Source of the DNA: an uncultured Gemmatimonadaceae bacterium | GTDB taxonomy: Bacteria > Gemmatimonadota > Gemmatimonadetes > Gemmatimonadales > Gemmatimonadaceae | NCBI GenBank assembly: GCA_963829055.1 | Contig: CAWHHI010000016.1 | Span: forward strand, 352,001 to 416,000 | Direction of reading: 5' to 3' | Length of the DNA stretch: 64,000 nt | In this document: in pieces, positions 57,916-64,000 of the stretch | Position numbering within the stretch: the first letter of the stretch is position 1 | Layout of the letters: every line of letters begins with the position of its first letter | Position numbers and translations under genes: made by a program | The notes under the pieces: generated by a model | Seen by the model: only the letters and a program-made list of their open reading frames with translations | Databases searched by the model: none | What the model was told of the DNA's origin: nothing

Positions 57916-59974
57916 GTGGTCAAAACGCGGATCTGGGTCAATGTGGCCGCGATCTCCGCGTGGGTCCTCGCTCTGGCCGGCATGCTGGCGCTGGCATGGG
58001 GAGCACAGGCGCCCTCGTGGACATCCGGTGTCGCCGCCGCTGCGTCAGTCGCCGCAGTGACGTACGCGTGGCTGCTCATCAGCCAGCGTCTCGACCCGCC
58101 GCAACGAGAGTTCATCAAACAGTACCTCGCGCTCGCGCTCGCGCCTGTGACGTGGCTCGCCGCGGCGTCAGGCGGCCCCGGGTCTCCCGCCGTCGTCGCA
58201 TTGGCGCTTGGCGTCCGCGTCGTTGCCGGCGCCGAGAACATTCGGGCCGCGATATCGGTTGCCGCTGGGGCGCTGGTCGCACTCACGGCGATTCACTACT
58301 CGGTTGGCGGTGCGATCGCGTTCTCCAATGTGCTGAGCGGCGGCGTCATCTTCGCGGCGCTCGCGCTGTTCCCGGCGTGGCAGGTCCAACGCGCGCAGGA
58401 GAACGCGAAACGTCGTCGCCGGGCCACGCGGTCCGAGAGCGTGTTCGGCGGCGAACGTACCAACACGCCGCGCGGTCACGAGGCGATGCCGTCCGATCTG
58501 CGGCGCGGCGTCGAGGTCACGCGACAGGAAGCAGAGGAGCGTCGGCAGACCGAAGTCCTCAGCCGCTATCTGTGTGACGTCCGTGATGCGTTAGGCGCCG
58601 ACGAGGTGGTGTTCTGGCGCTGGACGGGCGGGCGCGACACGCTCGTTGCCGCCGCCTGTTCGGGAGAGGGGACAGAGACCGAGCCGACGAAGTTCAACCA
58701 CGCCGAGTGGCTTCCGCTCGTGAAGTGGTCGGCCGAGGAGCGGATCGTTCACTTCGATGACGGCAATCCGGGACCGCGAGTCGCGATGGGACCGGTGGCC
58801 GGGCTCAAGCGCGCGTTCGGCGCGCTCAGCATCTCGTCGGAAGCCGGGCCTCAAGCCGTCGAAAGACGAGCTCAAGACGTGGGTGCCGCGATACACGGCG
58901 CAGGTCGCCGTGCTCGCGGAACTGCTCGAGACGCGAGAAGAAGTTGGTCGGCAGAATCGCCGGACGCAGGCACTGTTGCGCGCGGCGCAGCAGTTCCAGT
59001 CGAACCGCACGATCGAGTCACTCGGCCGCTCGATCTGCGAGACCGCGCTGGAGGTGACGTCCGCCTCACGCGGGGCGCTCGTGCGCTGGCATCCGAACTC
59101 GAGCGACGGCGAGGTTCAGAGCGTTTCCGAGGGCCATCGGATCGCCGAGGGCTGGCCGATCAGCGAGGACTCGCAGGTCGGGACCATGTGCAAGAATGGT
59201 CTGCCGCAGGTGTGGGAGGACGCGCGCATGATCGCGCGTCACACGCGCATCTACGGCGCGTGGGAAACGCCTCGGCCCATCGGGTCGCTCGGGATCATTC
59301 CTCTCAAGCGCGAGGCTGGTGTCATTGGTGCGATTGTCATCGAAGGCGACGAGCCCGGAGACGTGCTGATCGCCGAGGTCCGTAACGTTCGACTGCTCGC
59401 GGCCATTGCTGCGGTCTCGCTCGAGACCATGTGGGAGATCGAGGAAGTCACTCGCCGCGCCCGTACGGACCAGCTGACGGGGCTCGCGAACCGCCGCCAT
59501 TTCGATGAGCAGATCACCCGAGTCCTCGCGGAAACGGATCGGTTCGGCGGTTCGGCGTCGCTAGTCGTGGCCGACATCGATTTCTTCAAAGCGGTCAACG
59601 ACACGTTCGGTCACGATGGCGGCGACGCAGTACTCCAGAGCGTCGCACAGACGTTCCAGGAAGGCGTACGGAACGTGGACACGTGCGCGCGCTATGGCGG
59701 TGAAGAGATCGCGGTGCTGTTGCCGCAGACGAGCATGGACGGCGCGCGCGACTTCGCGGAGCGGCTGCGCAAGGCGATCGAGTCGCGCGTGGTCATCCAC
59801 GCCGGGCGCGAGATGACGGTGACGGCGTCGTTTGGTGTCGCGACGTATCCGGATAGCGCGGCGGCGCATGATGCGCTGTTCCCGACGGCGGACCGGGCGC
59901 TCTACCAGGCGAAGGCCGAGGGGCGAAATCGGGTTCGGTGCGCGATTCCAGGCGTAGTGCAGAAAGCAACTTAG
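57916..59974 (+). CDS. Membrane-anchored GAF + GGDEF diguanylate cyclase (frameshift near 58848)
   Basis: N-terminal TM helices, GAF-like domains, DIDFFKAVNDTFGH, RNVD I-site, RYGGEEI. Confidence 0.92.
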
Positions 59975-60013
59975 CCGTTCGACTTCGAGTCACTTTCGAG
60001 CCAGCGGCTCAGG

Positions 60014-60042
60014 TTGATCCGGCGGCGGTGACCGATTAGGTT
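60014..60042 (+). promoter_or_regulatory. Promoter of tmRNA
   Basis: TTGATC-17 nt-TAGGTT. Confidence 0.6.
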
Positions 60043-60051
60043 TGGTGCTAC

Positions 60052-60409
60052 GGGGGCGACTGGCTTCGACGGGGTTAGTGAAGCTGTGGCCGCGTGCCCA
60101 GGTACTCGGGTCCCTGGTAAAACACTCGGGAAAATCACAACTGCCAACAACAACCTGGCAATGGCTGCGTAAAGCTTAGGCTTTACAGCACCTGCCCATG
60201 GGGAAGCCCGCCCGAGGCGGCTTCGTGGGTATCGCAAATTCGGGATAGTCCTGCGCGTGCGCTCTCCGCGTCGGGGCGAAAGAATAGAGAGCTCGTCCAG
60301 GAGTGGGCTGCCTACTGGCCAGCGACTGGAGACCTCAACCGGTGGGCTACGCACGTAGACGCTGTGGTGGATCTAGTTTCGGACCGGGGTTCGATTCCCC
60401 GCGCCTCCA
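60052..60409 (+). ncRNA. ssrA: tmRNA; tag (A)ANNNLAMAA* at 60143-60172
   Basis: GGGGGCGA..GGCTTCGAC 5' end, GGGGTTCGATTCCCCGCGCCTCCA 3' end, internal tag ORF ending AA-stop. Confidence 0.97.
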
Positions 60410-60411
60410 TC

Positions 60412-60452
60412 AAACGAGAACGGGCCCGCCTAAAGGCGGGCTCGTTTCGTTT
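60412..60452. terminator. Bidirectional terminator after tmRNA
   Basis: AAACGAGAACGGGCCCGCC-TAAA-GGCGGGCTCGTTTCGTTT. Confidence 0.85.
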
Positions 60453-60454
60453 GA

Positions 60455-60485
60455 GCTATCAGCCATCAGCCATCAGCCATCAGCT
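60455..60485. repeat. Left arm (GCCATCA)x4 of inverted repeat flanking the four-helix-bundle gene
   Basis: GCTATCA GCCATCA GCCATCA GCCATCA GCT. Confidence 0.92.
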
Positions 60486-60887
60486 CAAACGGCGCAGCTC
60501 GCGATCGCCGGCGCGTCGCCGGATCGCGCTCGCGATCGCCAGAGACGCGCTCGAGCGACGCGAGCATTCGACGAACTTCCGACAGGGCGCTCTGGCAGCT
60601 CGTCGCGCACACTGGCCTCGGTATAGCTCAGGTCGTGGGCGAGGATCAGGTAGTACGACAGCTCGCTCGCGGAGCCCAGCGAGGTTCGGGCGTGCTTCGC
60701 CAGCTCCGCGTCGCTGTTCTTGCCGCAGCCTTCCGCAATGTTTGCCGGAACCGAAACGGCTGCTCGACGCGCTTGCGACGTCAGCCCGTACAGCTCATGC
60801 TCGCGGCCAGCGCGCCGTTTCGCGGTAGACGGCGAGGGTCAGCTCGTGCGCCTTCTTCCACACTGCCAGCTTCGTGAAGTCTCCCAT
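60480..60887 (-). CDS. Four helix bundle protein (23S rRNA intervening-sequence protein/Avd-like), frameshifted; 3' end approximate
   Basis: Manual translation [71 protein letters not shown]; missing from the ORF track because of about 2 indels. Confidence 0.88.
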
Positions 60888-60991
60888 GATTGGCCTCGCG
60901 GGTTCGAGGCCAATCTCGGTGCGCAAGCTTGACTGCGCTGCGACATCCATGTCGCGTGCGCGACAGCACGCAATCGAACGCGCCGTCTTCT

Positions 60992-61022
60992 AGCTGATGG
61001 CTGATGGCTGATGGCTGATGGC
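60992..61022. repeat. Right arm (TGATGGC)x4 of inverted repeat flanking the four-helix-bundle gene
   Basis: AGC TGATGGC x4; 30/31 reverse-complement match to 60455-60485. Confidence 0.92.
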
Positions 61023-63695
61023 AGCCGGTCGGGGTCGCCGCCAAGCGCGGCATGGGCTGCGGCCAGACGGGCGATCGGCACTCGGAACGGCGAACAGGAC
61101 ACGTAGTCGAGTCCCAGCTCGTGACAGAGCTTCACCGAACGCGGTTCGCCGCCATGCTCGCCGCAGATGCCCACCTTGAGATCCGGACGCACGCGGCGGC
61201 CATCCTCGACGGCCATCCGCATCAGCTTGCCCACGCCCGTCGCATCGAGCACGTGGAACGGGTCGTCCGGAAGAATACCTTTCTCGACGTAGTACGGCAG
61301 GAATCGACCGGCGTCGTCGCGGCTCAGGCCGAACGTGGTCTGCGTCAGGTCATTCGTGCCGAACGAGAAGAACTGCGCCGTCGCCGCGATCTCGTCGGCG
61401 GTCAGCGCCGCGCGCGGCAGCTCGATCATCGTGCCGATGAGATAGGGCACGTCCTCACCCATTCCGCCGAGCACCTGGCGCGCGACGTCCTCGAGGATGG
61501 CGCGCTGGTTCTCGAACTCGCGCGCCGTCGCCACCAGCGGAACCATGATCTCCGGCTGCACGTCGATGCCGCGCCGCGATGCCCGCACCGCCGCCTCGAA
61601 GATCGCGCGCGCCTGCATCTCCGTGATCTCGGGGTACGTGATGCCGAGTCGGCAGCCGCGATGTCCGAGCATCGGATTCGTCTCGCGCAGCGACTCGACG
61701 ATGCGGTTCAGCTCGTCGCGCGGCATGCCAAGCGTGCGCGCGAGCAGCTTCGACTCCTCGCCGCCGTGCGGCAGGAACTCGTGCAGCGGCGGATCGAGCA
61801 GCCGGATCGTCACCGGGAAGCCGTCCATCGCCTCGAAGATCCCCTCGAAGTCCGCGCGCTGCATCGGCAGCAGCTTCGCGAGCGCGCGGCGGCGTCCGCC
61901 CTCGTCGCGCGCGACGATCATCTCGCGCATCGCCGTGATGCGATCGCCCTCGAAGAACATGTGCTCGGTGCGACACAGCCCGATGCCTTCCGCGCCGAAC
62001 TGCCGCGCGACGCGCGCGTCCTGCGGCGTGTCGGCGTTCGCGCGCACCGCAGGCGACGCACCTCGTCGGCCCAGCTCAAGACGCTCGAGAACGACTGATA
62101 CATCGGCGCGCGTGCGGCGGGCGAGCGTCCCGCTCGTCACCGCACGATCTCGCTCGGAATCGTCGGCAGATCGCCGAGGAAGACGCGGCCGGTCGCGCCG
62201 TCGAGCGTGATCCAGTCGCCTTCGGAGACCGTCGTGCCGTCGACGCTGAACGGCGCTTCTCGGCGTCGACGTCGATGTCCTTGCAGCCGACGACGGCGCA
62301 CTTGCCCATGCCGCGCGCGACGACGGCGGCGTGACTCGTCATGCCGCCGCGCGCGGTGAGCACCGCGCGCGCCGCGACGATGCCGTGAAAGTCCTCCGGC
62401 GTCGTCTCGTCGCGCACGAGGATCACCGCGTCGCCCGCGGCCGCGCGCCGCTCGGCGACGTCGGGATCGAACACGGCGACGCCGCTCGCGGCACCCGGGC
62501 TCGCGGGCAGCCCGGTGCAGAGCGGCTTCGCGCGCGCCTGCGGGTCGATGATCGGGTGCAGCAGCTGATCGAGCTGGTCGGCGACGACGCGCTTGCACCG
62601 CCTCGTGTCGCGATCGATGAGCCCTTCGTCGACCATGTCGCGCGCGATGCGCACCGCGGCGGCCGCGGTGCGCTTTCCGGTGCGCGTCTGGAGCAGATAG
62701 AGCTTCCCGCGCTCGACGGTGAACTCGATGTCCTGCATGTCGCGGAAGTGCCGCTCGAGCCGGTCCTTCGTCTCGAGCAGCTCCGCGTACGCGCTCGGGA
62801 AGCCGATTCGCCATCTCCTCGATGTCGAGCGGCGTGCGAATGCCGGCGACGACGTCCTCGCCCTGCGCGTTGACGAGGAACTCGCCGTAGAACTTTCGCT
62901 CGCCGGTCGACGGATCGCGCGTGAACGCGACGCCGGTGCCCGAGTCGTCGCCGAGGTTGCCGAACACCATGGCCACGATGTTGACGCCGGTGCCGAGCGT
63001 CTCGGAGATGCCGTTCACCTGCGGTAGTCGACGGCCTTCTTGAGCGTCCACGACTTCCACACCGCTTCGATCGCGCCCCAGAGCTGGACGACCGGGTCCA
63101 TCGGGAACGTCTGCGCCGGTGACGTTGCGAACGAGCGCCTTGTACTCCTCGACGAGATTCCGCAGCGCATCCTCGCTCAGCTCGGCGTCGGTCTCGACGC
63201 CCTCGGTCATGCGCTTCGCGCGGAGCAGATGCTCGAAGTTCTGGATCGGGACGCCGAGCACGACGTCCGACGTACATCTGGATGAAGCGGCGATACGAGT
63301 CGTAGGCGAAGCGCGCGTTGCCGCTCTGGCGCGCGAGCGCCACGACGGTGCGATCGTTCAGCCCGAGGTTGAGGATCGTCTCCATCATGCCCGGCATCGA
63401 CACGGGCGCGCCGGATCGCACCGAGACGAGCAGCGGATTCGTCGCGTCGCCGAACCCCTTGCCGGTCACCTCCTCGAGGCGCGCGACGTGCGTCTCGACC
63501 TCCGTCGCGAAGCGTCGGCGGGAACGTGCCGTCGCGCAGGTAGTCGATGCAGACCGCGCACGCGATCGTGAACCCCGGCGGAACCGGAACGCCGAGATTC
63601 GTCATCTCGGCGAGGTTCGCGCCCTTGCCGCCGAGCACGTCGCTCATCTCGCGCGTGCCTTCGGCCTTTCCGTTGCCGAAGAAGTAGACGAGCAT
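61023..63695 (-). CDS. ppdK: Pyruvate, phosphate dikinase (multiple frameshifts; 3' end approximate)
   Basis: [65 protein letters not shown] in successive frames. Confidence 0.96.
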
Positions 63696-63735
63696 CGGGC
63701 GACCGGTGTGGGACGTGCTACAGGGCGGTCAGCGA

Positions 63736-64000
63736 TCAGCATCCGCAGCCGAATCGCAGCTTGTCGGGATCCGTCGGGGGCGGCGTTGGATAGTCGCCGG
63801 AGAAGCAGGCGTGGCAGAAGCCGCCCGGTCCGCCGGGCACCGACTCCGAGCATCCCGTCGAGCGACAGGTAGCCGAGCGAATCGACGCCAATGTGCGCGG
63901 CGATCTCGCTCGGTGGTCATGTTCGCCGCGATCAGCTCCTCGCGATTCGGCGTGTCGATGCCGTAGTAGCACGGACCGGTGATCGGGCGACGAGCGACAC
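63736..64000 (-). CDS. purF: Amidophosphoribosyltransferase C-terminus (partial, frameshifted)
   Basis: PITGPCYYGIDTP..ELIAA..IGVDSLGYLSLDGM..FCHACFSGDYP. Confidence 0.93.
   Translation of the reverse strand, partial: CRSSPDHRSVLLRHRHAESRGADRGEHDHRARSPRTLASIRSATCRSTGCSESVPGGPGGFCHACFSGDYPTPPPTDPDKLRFGCGC

Noticed and set aside
60480..60887. Diversity-generating retroelement (Avd)
   Set aside because: No reverse transcriptase and no TR/VR repeat pair in the window.
60839..61022. PpdK C-terminal extension reading through the heptamer arm (SAISHQPSA)
   Set aside because: This is translation of the repeat in an error-rich region; the native stop was probably lost to an indel.
55391..61022. Heptamer arrays as CRISPR
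   Set aside because: No unique spacers, units far too short, and no cas genes.
60410..64000. Integrative element at tmRNA
   Set aside because: No integrase or att repeat is seen; housekeeping ppdK and purF follow.

Overview
High-GC (about 67-68% by eye) bacterial core-genome segment, most likely Gemmatimonadota (inferred from gene order and protein style). It carries lysine/DAP genes (dapE-like, asd, lysC, dapB, dapA, dapD, lysA), aroA-cmk-rpsA, an acyl-CoA carboxylase cluster, rplM-rpsI-rpsB-tsf-pyrH-frr-uppS-cdsA-dxr-rseP, rpsO-pnp, ald-dut, mreBCD-mrdA-rodA, accD-folC-hisS-proS, guaA, dusB-larB, a diguanylate cyclase, tRNA-Gly, tRNA-Leu, tmRNA, ppdK and the end of purF. Many essential genes are broken by single-base frameshifts, best explained by uncorrected long-read errors. 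Four signals stand out. (1) A non-palindromic motif CGTTAGG(C)/(G)CCTAACG recurs about 45 times on both strands and in five of the six reading frames, forcing rare codons even into ribosomal-protein genes. (2) A four-helix-bundle (IVS/Avd-like) gene is bracketed by 31-bp inverted arms built from 7-mers, with related ORF-less hairpins elsewhere. (3) A DdrA/Rad52-like annealase with a Zn ribbon and SSB-like tail lies divergent from an XRE regulator across a palindromic candidate operator. (4) A membrane-anchored protein has a degenerate [FeFe]-hydrogenase-like domain. All family calls are by-eye motif recognition, not database searches.
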